From positions 2,400 through 66,399 of the forward strand of contig JAGLSI010000001.1 in the NCBI GenBank assembly GCA_023135835.1: a stretch of 64,000 nucleotides of DNA, written 5' to 3'. The translations under genes and the position numbers were made by a program. Positions 37,509-46,654 of this stretch are shown here, piece by piece. The notes below the pieces were generated by a model. The model saw only the letters and a program-made list of their open reading frames with translations, had not been told where the DNA came from and did not search any database. How positions within the stretch are numbered: the first letter of the stretch is position 1; the number at the start of each line of letters is the position of its first letter. The DNA is from Minisyncoccota bacterium. GTDB lineage: Bacteria > Patescibacteriota > Minisyncoccia > Phycocordibacterales > UBA12079.

Positions 37509-38380
37509 ATTTACAAAAACTTATAAAACAGATTTCACCTCTTTATAATTCTTATAAAGAGTCTAAGGGTAATATTAATGGAACAGAAGCATTATTTATA
37601 ATGTGGGAAATAGGAGAACTTTTGAAGAAAAAAATTGAAGAGTTTGGTATCGCTCCTCATAATTTATATAGAAAGATATATGGAAAAGCTGAAGGAAAAG
37701 AAGATATCATTCAAAGGAGCTATATTACGAGAGAGTTTTTAGGGAGAGCTTATCGTATAAGAAATATCTTTGAAAATAAAAATGATATTGAAAAAGATTT
37801 TCCTAATTTGAAAAAATTTATTTTGTTTAGAGAAGCAATGCCCTTTTTTGATAATAAAAAATATATGTTTAAAGGAAGAGATAGAGAAGATTTATTAACT
37901 ATTCTAAACAGTAACGAATCCTCAGATCTTATTTTTAAAAGAATTAAATTGTTACAAAAAGAAAAGATTGGAATAAAGAATTCAAGAAATCAAAAATTAA
38001 TTGAGTTACAGCCACAAAAAGAAATTTTTATAACTTTTTATAATTATGTATTTAATTTAATAAAAGATAACAATTACAGAGATACCAGAGAAAAAGTTTT
38101 GCCTTTAATAAATAATTCATTAATTAGCAAACTTTCTTCAAATACTAGCGCTTTAGCCCAAGAAGGACTAGTATACAAAAATATAGATGAAGAAATCTTT
38201 GATGATTATTGGATTTCTTACAGTAAACTATTGAAAGGTTTTTCTGAGCAAATGGACGCAAAAGAAAGAAGGAGATTTAGGCGATTAATATCTCCTGAAC
38301 GTATAATAAAATTAGCTGATATGTTACAGGTAATAACCTCTGAAAAATTATTTGTAAATTTTAAAAATCAGTTAAATTAA
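37496..38380 (+). CDS. Hypothetical protein; N-terminus weakly resembles the YhcG/DUF1016 N-domain
   Basis: Overlaps the ATPase stop by 13 nt; LFIMWEIGELL segment. Confidence 0.65.
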   Translation: MEQINLQKLIKQISPLYNSYKESKGNINGTEALFIMWEIGELLKKKIEEFGIAPHNLYRKIYGKAEGKEDIIQRSYITREFLGRAYRIRNIFENKNDIEKDFPNLKKFILFREAMPFFDNKKYMFKGRDREDLLTILNSNESSDLIFKRIKLLQKEKIGIKNSRNQKLIELQPQKEIFITFYNYVFNLIKDNNYRDTREKVLPLINNSLISKLSSNTSALAQEGLVYKNIDEEIFDDYWISYSKLLKGFSEQMDAKERRRFRRLISPERIIKLADMLQVITSEKLFVNFKNQLN

Positions 38381-38388
38381 TTTAAGTC

Positions 38389-39936
38389 ATGAATTTTGAT
38401 GTTGATTCTAATATTTTTGATCAAAAAGAAGACCATTTAAAAACTAGGATAGAATCCCTAGATTTTTCTAGTAAGACAAAAATTTTGTTAAAAAAAGACA
38501 ATATATTAACTGTAAGAGGTTTATTAAAACGAACAGAAAAAGAATTAAAAAATAAATATAACTTAAGCAGATCAAATATAGACATAACTTTAAGAAAATT
38601 AAATTTTTTAAACTCAAAAATAAAAAATAAAGAAAAACAAAATAAAGGAGAAATATCAGATATTTCTGATGAATTAGATTTAAAAAATTGTTTTGAAGAA
38701 ATTTATATAGATAAATCGGAAGATGTTTTAGAAGTTTTTTCTAATTGGTTTGGTTTTGATGAAAAAATAATAAAGAGCAAGTCTAGAAAAAGTGAGATTG
38801 TAGATGTACGAGATTTAATAATTTATTTTTTACGTGAATATGGAGAGTTATCATTTCCTTATATAGGAGAATTATTAGGGGGTCGTGATCATACCACCAT
38901 CATTTATGCTTATAACAAAATAAAGAAAAAAATAAAAAATATAAGAGATTTTGAAAAAAAGTTTTTAAGTCTTATCAAAGAAAGTAACAAAATAAAAGAA
39001 AAAAAAGAATATATAAAAAGGATTCTAATTCCAATAATAGAAGTTTTGGTTTCTGAAAATAATTCTAAAAAAGGGGTTAAAATGGTTTCAGAAAGAAATA
39101 ATTATATTCTTCAATTATATAGAGAAGGATTAATTCTTGATAAAATAGGTAAAAAGATGGGAATTTCTAGGGAAAGAGTTCGTCAAATAGTTAAAAAAAC
39201 TATAGTACAATTAGCTATAAATAAATCAGTTTCTACTGGAGCAGAACTAAATTTTGATTTTCTTATTGAAGATGAGAAAAGGAAAAGAAAGGAAACTCAA
39301 CTTATTGCTAATCCTCCAAAAATAAAGACTATAAAAAAGAGATATTGGAGCAGAGATCATAGAAAATGTAAAATGTGCGAAAGAATTATTTATAAGCATG
39401 TTAGTAATGGTTTATGTGAAGAATGTACAGGTAGTTTTAGAGGAAAAAATAGAGAAAATATTATTTTGTTACATGAAAATAAATGTGATTTATGTGATGT
39501 CTTAAGAGAAGAAGCTAAAACACTTTATAAAAGAGATTTGTATATTATGAGAAATAAAATTGTGTGTTGTAGAGATTGCTTTTTAAAATTAACAGGAAAA
39601 ACTTTAGGTTCTTATAAAAATTATGAATGGAGTAGATTTTATCCCCAATGTAAAAAATGTGGGACAAAAGATATTCCTCATGCAAAATTAGGTCTTTGTG
39701 AAGAATGTTGCCTGTTTTTATCAGATAGCCAAAGAGAAAAAATTATTCAAGATAATAAGAGTGTGTGCTGTGTGTGTGGTATAAGCAGAGATGAAGCAAA
39801 AAGTAAATTTAAAAGAGATTTACATATCTGGAAAAACAAAAAAACATTTTGTCGAAAATGCCATCTTGTAGAGACAGGTAAAGTTCTTAGCGATTATAGA
39901 AAAAATAATTGGAAAAAGTTTTATAAAAATTATTAA
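38389..39936 (+). CDS. Fusion of RNAP alpha-CTD-like, DnaA domain IV, sigma70 region 4 and two Cys-rich Zn-binding repeats
   Basis: IESLDFSSKTKILLKKDNILTVRGLL; KSRKSEIVDVR..SFPYIGELLGGRDHTTII; LDKIGKKMGISRERVRQI; two 94-aa WSR..CxxC..HxxxGLCEEC..CxxC..CRxC repeats. Confidence 0.82.
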   Translation: MNFDVDSNIFDQKEDHLKTRIESLDFSSKTKILLKKDNILTVRGLLKRTEKELKNKYNLSRSNIDITLRKLNFLNSKIKNKEKQNKGEISDISDELDLKNCFEEIYIDKSEDVLEVFSNWFGFDEKIIKSKSRKSEIVDVRDLIIYFLREYGELSFPYIGELLGGRDHTTIIYAYNKIKKKIKNIRDFEKKFLSLIKESNKIKEKKEYIKRILIPIIEVLVSENNSKKGVKMVSERNNYILQLYREGLILDKIGKKMGISRERVRQIVKKTIVQLAINKSVSTGAELNFDFLIEDEKRKRKETQLIANPPKIKTIKKRYWSRDHRKCKMCERIIYKHVSNGLCEECTGSFRGKNRENIILLHENKCDLCDVLREEAKTLYKRDLYIMRNKIVCCRDCFLKLTGKTLGSYKNYEWSRFYPQCKKCGTKDIPHAKLGLCEECCLFLSDSQREKIIQDNKSVCCVCGISRDEAKSKFKRDLHIWKNKKTFCRKCHLVETGKVLSDYRKNNWKKFYKNY

Positions 39937-39957
39937 TTTATTATAATAACAAAAAAT

Positions 39958-40254
39958 ATGATGATATTTGTTTATGTGATAATCGGAGTGGTAATTGGGT
40001 ACTTTGTTTTTGGTGGGTCTATGAATAAGAATGCTAAGAAAAACGAAGTTTTGGAGATTTTGGATGAAAAAGATAAGAAGATTCTGGCTTTGATTGAAGA
40101 AAAAGAGAAAGTTACTAATAATGATATAGAGAAATTGTTAGGGATAGCAGATAGTACTGCAACTAAATATTTACAACAATTGGAAGATAAAGGAAAAATT
40201 ATACAAAGAGGAAAAACTGGGAAATATACTTATTACGAAAAGGTTTCAAAGTAG
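39958..40254 (+). CDS. Membrane-anchored winged-helix protein (paralog of 51833..52111)
   Basis: N-terminal TM; VTNNDIEKLLGIADSTATKYLQQLEDKGKI. Confidence 0.82.
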   Translation: MMIFVYVIIGVVIGYFVFGGSMNKNAKKNEVLEILDEKDKKILALIEEKEKVTNNDIEKLLGIADSTATKYLQQLEDKGKIIQRGKTGKYTYYEKVSK

Positions 40255-40266
40255 GTTGATAATTAA

Positions 40267-40302
40267 ATTTTTAACGGCTACGGTATCATAGCCGTTAAAA
40301 AT
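40267..40302. repeat. AAYGGCTA palindrome, right boundary of the candidate defence island
   Basis: ATTTTTAACGGCTA-CGGTATCA-TAGCCGTTAAAAAT. Confidence 0.72.
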
Positions 40303-40326
40303 ACTACTTCTATTTCTAGAAGAAGG

Positions 40327-40496
40327 GGGGACAAGGTTCTAATTTAGAAAAAAAATCGTTATGAGAAGTTTGAAAATGAGCTTATTTCGCTTGAAGCCGA
40401 TATTTTCGTAGCCGTAGCTACCAAAATTGAGGGTGAAAGATGAAATGGTTTATTTTCAGAGTTCGTAATAGGTATTTGTTTTTAATTTAGAGCCCC
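40327..40496. repeat. Long imperfect palindrome (about 170 bp) with GTAGC-CGTA-GCTAC core
   Basis: Pairings TTTGAAAATGAGC/GTTTATTTTCAGA and ATTTTCGTAGC/GCTACCAAAAT. Confidence 0.55.
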
Positions 40497-40726
40497 GTTT
40501 TCATTCCGCCACATCAACCATTCAAAACGCTGAATTTAGATATTTATATCAAGCGACTTCTTATAAAAATTCTCATGGAATCCAATCCCCGATAAACCTT
40601 ATGAATGTAACCTATATTGATAACACATGGTCTATTTTTGCAGATGAGAGAACTGCTCCTGTAGATAAAAATGAAAATGTTCAATTTATAGGCAATCAAT
40701 CAATGTCTCCTTTAGATAATTGGTAA
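40493..40726 (+). pseudogene. Start-less 3' gene remnant
   Basis: Open frame of about 75 codons (HSATSTIQNAEFRYL...SPLDNW*) begins at the edge of the long palindrome, with a stop just upstream. Confidence 0.4.
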
Positions 40727-40920
40727 GTTAGCTTGTAGTAGGTTAGCTTTTAGAATGTTAGGATTTTAAATTAAAGATGTGAGGGGGGTCGCGAAGCGAC
40801 CCCCTCATCTTTAATTTAATAAAAACCAAAATTAAAGCTAAAAGCATTGACTTTCTGTTTTTGATTACTATACTAATAATATAGGTATCGTGATTATTAG
40901 TTTTTAAGTAAATAAAAAAT

Positions 40921-41244
40921 ATGGAAGAAACACTTTTAAAAGATAAAAAATATTTGATGGGAATCTTAACTGGTTTAATTTTGATGGCAATAATCATGGT
41001 AGGATTTAATCAATATCAAGGAAGTCAGAGTGAAGAAGTCGAACTTAGTGGCGAACAGCCAAAAAGTGATATTGAAACTGATAACATATCACAAGAAACT
41101 GAGTTAATGACTCCTGAAACTCCTCATAGCCCTCAATTAGAAAGACTTGCTTTGATTTTAAGAGAAGCAGGAAGAATGTTAGAGAGAATGGATGAAGATA
41201 TTGTTGAAATTAGCGAGACTCAAATAGCTGTTATTAATCAATAA
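40921..41244 (+). CDS. Hypothetical single-TM protein
   Basis: TM then acidic tail; TTGACT..TATACT promoter upstream; hairpin near 41284 downstream. Confidence 0.65.
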   Translation: MEETLLKDKKYLMGILTGLILMAIIMVGFNQYQGSQSEEVELSGEQPKSDIETDNISQETELMTPETPHSPQLERLALILREAGRMLERMDEDIVEISETQIAVINQ

Positions 41245-41408
41245 TTAAACAGAGGGTGGTAGGTGGAAAATAGAATGTTGATAGGGCGAGCCTTTGGCTC
41301 GCCCTTTTAATAATTTAAAGTCCTTTACAATATATAATATATGCTGTATCCTGTTTTTTAGAAGGTGGTTGTTTTGAAACGTAGCTTTAAAAAGGGGAGG
41401 AGAATGAA

Positions 41409-41819
41409 ATGGACAGAGTTCTTACAGCAGAATGGGTTAGTGGTGTTTTCATGGAATGTATCTTTAAACGAGGCGATTCAGTTGATACTGGTATCTTTAT
41501 ATCAGGAATTAGTTTGGACGTTGGTTTTCATCCAGACCGAATCAGAAGGTATAAGGGCGAGATTGCGGCAATGTTAGATGAATTACCTGATGGATTTCGT
41601 GAGGGTGAGGGTGCGTTATTCGTTGATGCTTACATTGATAAAAACGGTAGGCGATGGACCTGTATATCAACAGCGATGGAGTACTTGTTTCAGCTTGGAT
41701 TGGCGATTGGTAAATTAGTTTACCAACATCCTTATGGTGTGTGCCCAATACTTCCTGGGGGTTTGCCGCGTTATAAAATAACAGAAGACTTTGAGCTCGT
41801 TGAGCCCAAAACTATTTGA
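41409..41819 (+). CDS. Hypothetical protein, higher GC than neighbours
   Basis: VGFHPDRI, MLDELPDGF, LFQLGLAIGK, LPGGLPRY; purine-rich SD; own terminator hairpin. Confidence 0.7.
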   Translation: MDRVLTAEWVSGVFMECIFKRGDSVDTGIFISGISLDVGFHPDRIRRYKGEIAAMLDELPDGFREGEGALFVDAYIDKNGRRWTCISTAMEYLFQLGLAIGKLVYQHPYGVCPILPGGLPRYKITEDFELVEPKTI

Positions 41820-42004
41820 ATCGTTTGTTTTTTCAGACGATAAGGCCTTGGGGTAGTATTTAAATACCCAAGGTCTTTTTACGTATTAATATTTAAGAAG
41901 AAACCCTTTACATATTATATAAAATATTATATATTTCTTTTCAGAAAGTTAAGTTAAGTTAAGTTTTTAAATTTATCTTTATTAAAATATTTTGGAGGTT
42001 TATA

Positions 42005-42358
42005 ATGGTGGAATCAAAGGGTCCTAGAAAACCGTCAGAGTGGATTGGTTATAAGTTAATGACTGGATATTTACTTCAGTTAATTAGCGACAACGGAACT
42101 TTCCCAGCTCTTTTAGAAGAAGAACCTTTTATTTGTGTAAGTAGGGGTCTTTTAGGGCAAGTTCGAGACTTATTACCAGAAAACAATTCTGAGATTGTTG
42201 GAGTTATGATTTATGCGAATCTTGATAAGGCCTTATGCTTTATTGTTGGGCACAGAACTGAAATCAAACCAATTCAAATATTATTAAGGAGGGAGTTGGT
42301 GATTTTTGATGTAGATGATTTTGAGTGGTCCCAAGAGGAGACCTTTCTTAGGAGTTAA
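42005..42358 (+). CDS. Hypothetical protein
   Basis: GGAGGT SD; hairpin downstream at about 42378-42422. Confidence 0.6.
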   Translation: MVESKGPRKPSEWIGYKLMTGYLLQLISDNGTFPALLEEEPFICVSRGLLGQVRDLLPENNSEIVGVMIYANLDKALCFIVGHRTEIKPIQILLRRELVIFDVDDFEWSQEETFLRS

Positions 42359-42554
42359 ACAGGGTTTTAATATCACAAAACCCGTTAAGTTAGAAAATCT
42401 GTTTTCTAATTTAGCGGGTTTTCTTTTTATTTATATCTCTTGACAAATACATGTTGATGTGGTATCATTAAAAAAGAGTTAAGAAAGCCGTTTAGGTTTT
42501 TTAAAAATGTTTTTTATTTTAATTCTGGCGGGGGAGTCAGAAAAGGGGAATAAG

Positions 42555-42692
42555 ATGAAAAAATATTTAGTTTGTACAGTTTTATTTGCGGTTATGTCGA
42601 TTTTATCTTTTAACTTTTTTTTGGACACTCAGAGTATCCAAGAAAACTTAAGTTCTAGCACAGAACTTAAATTAGCACAGATTTTAAGATAG
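42555..42692 (+). CDS. Small secreted/membrane peptide (45 aa)
   Basis: MKKYLVCTVLFAVMSILSFNFF; AAGGGG SD; TTGACA promoter upstream; terminator hairpin about 42698-42729. Confidence 0.5.
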   Translation: MKKYLVCTVLFAVMSILSFNFFLDTQSIQENLSSSTELKLAQILR

Positions 42693-42938
42693 TTTCCAGG
42701 GGGTTTCAAGCTTTTAGCCTGAAACCCCTTGTTTTTTTATTTAAAATCCTTTAATATGTATTTTATAAAGATCAGAGAAAATAGGTTTTAAAGACTTTCT
42801 TTTTATAAACCCTATTTAGGTCGAAGCGCTAATATATCAAATATATAAAAAGTGTTTTTCTCTGGGTCTTGATTATTCAAGACTTTTTTAAATTTTATCC
42901 TAAGTCAATAAATAAATTTACTTAGATAAATTAAAAAT

Positions 42939-43427
42939 ATGGCAATAAATAAAGATAGAAAAAAAGAGATTTATGAAAAAGTACAAGGAATTTTAAAAGA
43001 TTCTGCTTCTGTTGTTTTCGTAAATTTCAAAGGATTAAATGTTACTGATACTACTCAGTTGCGTAATAATCTTAGGGATGAAGATTCATCATATAGTGTA
43101 ATTAAGAAATCCCTTGTTAGAAAAGCTTTAGAGAACTATTCTTTTAAAGGTGATATGCCTGAATTAGAAGGAGAGTTAGCTTTGGCTTATGGTGAGGATT
43201 TAATTGCTCCTGCAAGAGGGGTGTATGAATTTCAAAAAAAGAACAAAGAAAATATTGCTATTTTAGGAGGTATTTTTGAAGGTTCTTTTATGAATAAAGA
43301 AAAAATGCTTTCTATTGCTCAAATTCCAGCACCTCAAATTTTGAAAGGACAATTTGTAAATCTTATAAATTCACCAATTCAAGGTTTTGTAACTGCGTTG
43401 AGTAAAATAGCGGACAAAAAGATTTAA
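42939..43427 (+). CDS. rplJ: 50S ribosomal protein L10
   Basis: FKGLNV..LR..LR, ILGGIFEG; upstream of rplL. Confidence 0.95.
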   Translation: MAINKDRKKEIYEKVQGILKDSASVVFVNFKGLNVTDTTQLRNNLRDEDSSYSVIKKSLVRKALENYSFKGDMPELEGELALAYGEDLIAPARGVYEFQKKNKENIAILGGIFEGSFMNKEKMLSIAQIPAPQILKGQFVNLINSPIQGFVTALSKIADKKI

Positions 43428-43446
43428 TTTCTGTCGAAATTAAATC

Positions 43447-43552
43447 GAGTCAAAAGTTTATAAAGTTCATAAAGTCTATAAAATAAAATTACAAAGTAAT
43501 TTTTTTAATGACAATAAACTTTTAACTTTTAACATTACAAACTTTAAACTAA
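43447..43552. repeat. AAAGT/ACTTT hairpin element between rplJ and rplL
   Basis: Inner AAAATTAC-AAA-GTAATTTT hairpin between repeat arms. Confidence 0.72.
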
Positions 43553-43559
43553 TATAATT

Positions 43560-44087
43560 ATGATTGAAGAAAAAAAAGATGATGTAGTGGAAGAGGTTGA
43601 AGCTACTGAAGCTCCAGTTGAAGCAGAGGCTCCTGTTGAAGAAGTTAAGGAAGAAAAGAAAGCAGAAGCTCCAGCTGAAGAAGCAAAAGAAGATGAAGGG
43701 GAAGAAGTAGAAGTTCCCAAAAAATTCAAAGCATTAGTAGATGGAATTGAAGAAATGTCAGTTCTTGATTTGCATGAATTAGTAAAGTTATTAGAAAAGA
43801 AATTTGGTGTTTCTGCTGCTGCTGTAGCTGTGGCTGGAGGATCAGCAGGCGGAGGTGATGATGCTGGTGAAGAAAAAACTTCATTTGATGTTGAGCTTAC
43901 ATCTGCAGGAGACCAAAAAATTGCTGTGATCAAAGCAGTTAAAGGTGCTTTAGGTCTAGGACTTAAGGAGGCAAAAGAATTGGTTGACGCTGCTCCAGCT
44001 TCATTAAAGAAAGATATGAAAAAGGAAGAAGCAGAAGCTTTAAAGAAAGATATTGAAGAAGCAGGAGGAAAAGTAGAGTTGAAATAA
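43560..44087 (+). CDS. rplL: 50S ribosomal protein L7/L12 with acidic N-terminal extension
   Basis: [32 protein letters not shown]. Confidence 0.97.
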   Translation: MIEEKKDDVVEEVEATEAPVEAEAPVEEVKEEKKAEAPAEEAKEDEGEEVEVPKKFKALVDGIEEMSVLDLHELVKLLEKKFGVSAAAVAVAGGSAGGGDDAGEEKTSFDVELTSAGDQKIAVIKAVKGALGLGLKEAKELVDAAPASLKKDMKKEEAEALKKDIEEAGGKVELK

Positions 44088-44095
44088 TGATTAAG

Positions 44096-44134
44096 AAAAA
44101 ACAGGCGTCTACCAAAGGTAGACGCCTGTTTTTT
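44096..44134 (+). terminator. Intrinsic terminator after rplL
   Basis: AAAAAACAGGCGTCTACC-AAA-GGTAGACGCCTGTTTTTT. Confidence 0.8.
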
Positions 44135-44219
44135 ATTGACTAATAATAAAAAAACAATATACTCTATTTTAGATAGTTAAAATATATTTTATTTTTTTAA
44201 AAGGTAAAAGGAGTTGGTT

Positions 44220-44507
44220 ATGGCGAAGAAAATTGTTTTTTACGGGAAAGAAGATTTTTCTATCATACTTATTCTCTTGAATGATACTGTTATGGAGAAG
44301 GTACTCGCCGATATTGTTAAAGGGGATAGAGAAAATGGTAAAACAATGCCAATTATTGTTTTAAAGGATACTGATATAAAAGGTTTGTCTCAGCGTCTCT
44401 TTAGAGAATTTGAAGAAGATATTTCGGTTCCTATTGGTGAAGGCTTGTTTCAATTTAAAGATGCTGAAGACTTAACAAAGTATATTCAGCAGCAAGAGAA
44501 TATATGA
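44220..44507 (+). CDS. Hypothetical protein
   Basis: AAAGGAG SD before ATG 44220; own promoter-like and terminator sequences. Confidence 0.6.
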   Translation: MAKKIVFYGKEDFSIILILLNDTVMEKVLADIVKGDRENGKTMPIIVLKDTDIKGLSQRLFREFEEDISVPIGEGLFQFKDAEDLTKYIQQQENI

Positions 44508-44633
44508 AGGGATATTGATGGCTGGGTTCTTAGGACCCAGCCATTTTTTAATTTTGTTGCTGGTATAAAAAATAGATGTTATTATTAATTGTAATATATA
44601 AAAGTGAGTGTATAAATCTCATTTTAAATTACT

Positions 44634-45251
44634 ATGGAAACATTAAGTAAATTATTTGGTAACGCTGCTAAAATAAAAATAATGAGACTGTTTTTGTCTA
44701 ATGATGATGTTATTTTTGATAATGCTGAAATATCAAAAAGGACAAAAGTATCTTTGGTAAATCTTCGTAAAGAACTGAAAATTTTTGAAAGTATTTCTTT
44801 GATTAAAAAAAGAATTTTTTATAAAGAAGTTATTAAAAAAGTAAAAGGAAAAGAAGTTGTTGAAAAGAAAAAAACAAGCGGTTGGATTTTAGACCCAAGT
44901 TTTTCTTTGCTAGCTCCTCTAAAAAATTTATTAATTAAAGGAAGTCCTGTTGCTCAAAAAGATATAATTAACCGTTTGAAGGGAGGAGGAGTTCTTAAAT
45001 TAATAATTACTTCAGGTGTATTTATTCAAGAACCAGATAGTAGAGTAGATATTTTAATAGTAGGAGATAATTTAAATAGTTCTTATTTAGAACGAGCAAT
45101 TCGTATATTAGAGTCTGAGCTAGGTCAAGAATTAAAGTATTTTATATTAGAAACTGATGATTTTAATTATCGTTTGGGAGTTTATGATAAACTTTTAAGG
45201 GATATTTTAGACTATTCTCATAAGAAAATCGTAAATAAGTTGGATTTTTAG
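44634..45251 (+). CDS. Winged-helix plus degenerate nucleotidyltransferase-fold protein
   Basis: LSKLFGNAAKIKIMRLF N-terminus; SGVFI..SRVDILIVGD. Confidence 0.65.
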   Translation: METLSKLFGNAAKIKIMRLFLSNDDVIFDNAEISKRTKVSLVNLRKELKIFESISLIKKRIFYKEVIKKVKGKEVVEKKKTSGWILDPSFSLLAPLKNLLIKGSPVAQKDIINRLKGGGVLKLIITSGVFIQEPDSRVDILIVGDNLNSSYLERAIRILESELGQELKYFILETDDFNYRLGVYDKLLRDILDYSHKKIVNKLDF

Positions 45252-45456
45252 TATCTAAATTAGGTTTTATCCACAGTTTTTGTATATTTTTATAGACATA
45301 TAATGATATTATATAAATATGGTATTTATTAATACTAAAATAAAGGTCGTTAAGTCATAAAACCAATGATTTTTTGGTGGTTGATTATTGACCATTCAAT
45401 TAAGTTTTGGGGATATGATGATAATTCATTATTAGTTTTAATTTTTTAGAAAAAAT

Positions 45457-46140
45457 ATGATATTACAAACATGGAGTGAAGTATTGTCACAATCTTTTCA
45501 AAGTCTTTGGATTGGAGTAATGGGCTTTGTTCCAAACTTAATAATCGCAATAATAATTTTTATTATTGGGTGGGTTGTTGGAGTTTTATTTGGGAGAGTA
45601 GTTTCTCAGATAATTCATTCATTAGGTATAGACAAACTTTTGAGAAGTGCTAGTGTTGAAAAAACATTAAATAAAGCAGGTTTCAATTTAAACGCCGGTA
45701 ATTTTTTCGGTGCTTTAGTGAAATGGTTTATTATTGTAGTTTTTGCCGTAGCTGCCTTTGATGTATTAGGGCTTGACCAAGTAAATTTATTTTTACAACA
45801 AGTAGTTCTACTATATCTACCTAGAGTAATTGCAGCAGCAGCTATTCTTTTGATTGCTGTTATTATTGCAGATGCTACTGAGAATCTTGTAATAGGTTCC
45901 GCAAAAGCAGTTGGTGCTAGAAAATCTCAATTTGGATTTTTAGGTACATCTGTTAAGTGGGCAATTTGGGTATTCGCTGGATTGATGGCTCTTTATCAAT
46001 TAGGAGTTGCATCAGCTTTTATTCAAACTTTGTTTACAGGATTAATCGTTGCTATTTCTCTATCATTGGGATTAGCTTTCGGATTAGGAGGAAAGACTGC
46101 CGCGTCAGATGTGATTGAAGACTTAAGAAAGAAAATGTAA
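45457..46140 (+). CDS. TM_helix-repeat membrane protein (CmpX/MscS-TM-like)
   Basis: FVPNLIIAIIIFIIGW and YLPRVIAA repeats; LAFGLGG. Confidence 0.85.
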   Translation: MILQTWSEVLSQSFQSLWIGVMGFVPNLIIAIIIFIIGWVVGVLFGRVVSQIIHSLGIDKLLRSASVEKTLNKAGFNLNAGNFFGALVKWFIIVVFAVAAFDVLGLDQVNLFLQQVVLLYLPRVIAAAAILLIAVIIADATENLVIGSAKAVGARKSQFGFLGTSVKWAIWVFAGLMALYQLGVASAFIQTLFTGLIVAISLSLGLAFGLGGKTAASDVIEDLRKKM

Positions 46141-46247
46141 CCATAAGTAAAACCTAAAAATAACCTCCACTTAATTTAAGTGGAGGTTATTTTTTTTGAA
46201 TTTTTGTTTTTTAAACAAAAATTTGGAAAAAAGTAATTTAATTTTTA

Positions 46248-46275
46248 TTGACATAGAATAAAATTCTGTTAATAT
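46248..46275 (+). promoter_or_regulatory. Promoter upstream of rpsS
   Basis: TTGACA at 46248 and TGnTAATAT at 46267. Confidence 0.5.
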
Positions 46276-46313
46276 ATAACAAGCTCCGAGTGATTAAGAG
46301 CTATTTTAAATTT

Positions 46314-46643
46314 ATGACAAGATCACTAAAAAAAGGTCCTTATGTGGACGAAAGACTTTTAAAAAAAATAGAAGGTAAAAAGCCAGAAGATTTAGGTGTG
46401 ATAAAAACTTGGTCAAGATCTAGTCAGATTTCACCTGAAATGGTAGGTTTTACTTTTGGAGTTCACAATGGAAAAAATCATATTGAAGTGTTGATAACGG
46501 AAGATATTGTCGGACATCGTTTAGGAGAATTTTCTCCTACAAAAAAATTCGTGAAGCATGGAGGAAAGATGCAGAAAGAATTAGAGCAAAAGAAGAAAGA
46601 AGCTGAAGTTACAGCGGCTAAAGCTGCTAAAGCTAGTGTTTAA
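46314..46643 (+). CDS. rpsS: 30S ribosomal protein S19
   Basis: [28 protein letters not shown]. Confidence 0.98.
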   Translation: MTRSLKKGPYVDERLLKKIEGKKPEDLGVIKTWSRSSQISPEMVGFTFGVHNGKNHIEVLITEDIVGHRLGEFSPTKKFVKHGGKMQKELEQKKKEAEVTAAKAAKASV

Positions 46644-46654
46644 ATAATTTAATC

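Noticed and set aside
38389-39936. Calling the fusion protein dnaA or a sigma factor
   Set aside because: No AAA+ Walker motifs and no sigma region 2; only the DNA-binding modules are present
42770-42885. L10 leader RNA upstream of rplJ
   Set aside because: Some pairing is visible but I cannot identify the kink-turn motif with confidence; needs an Rfam search
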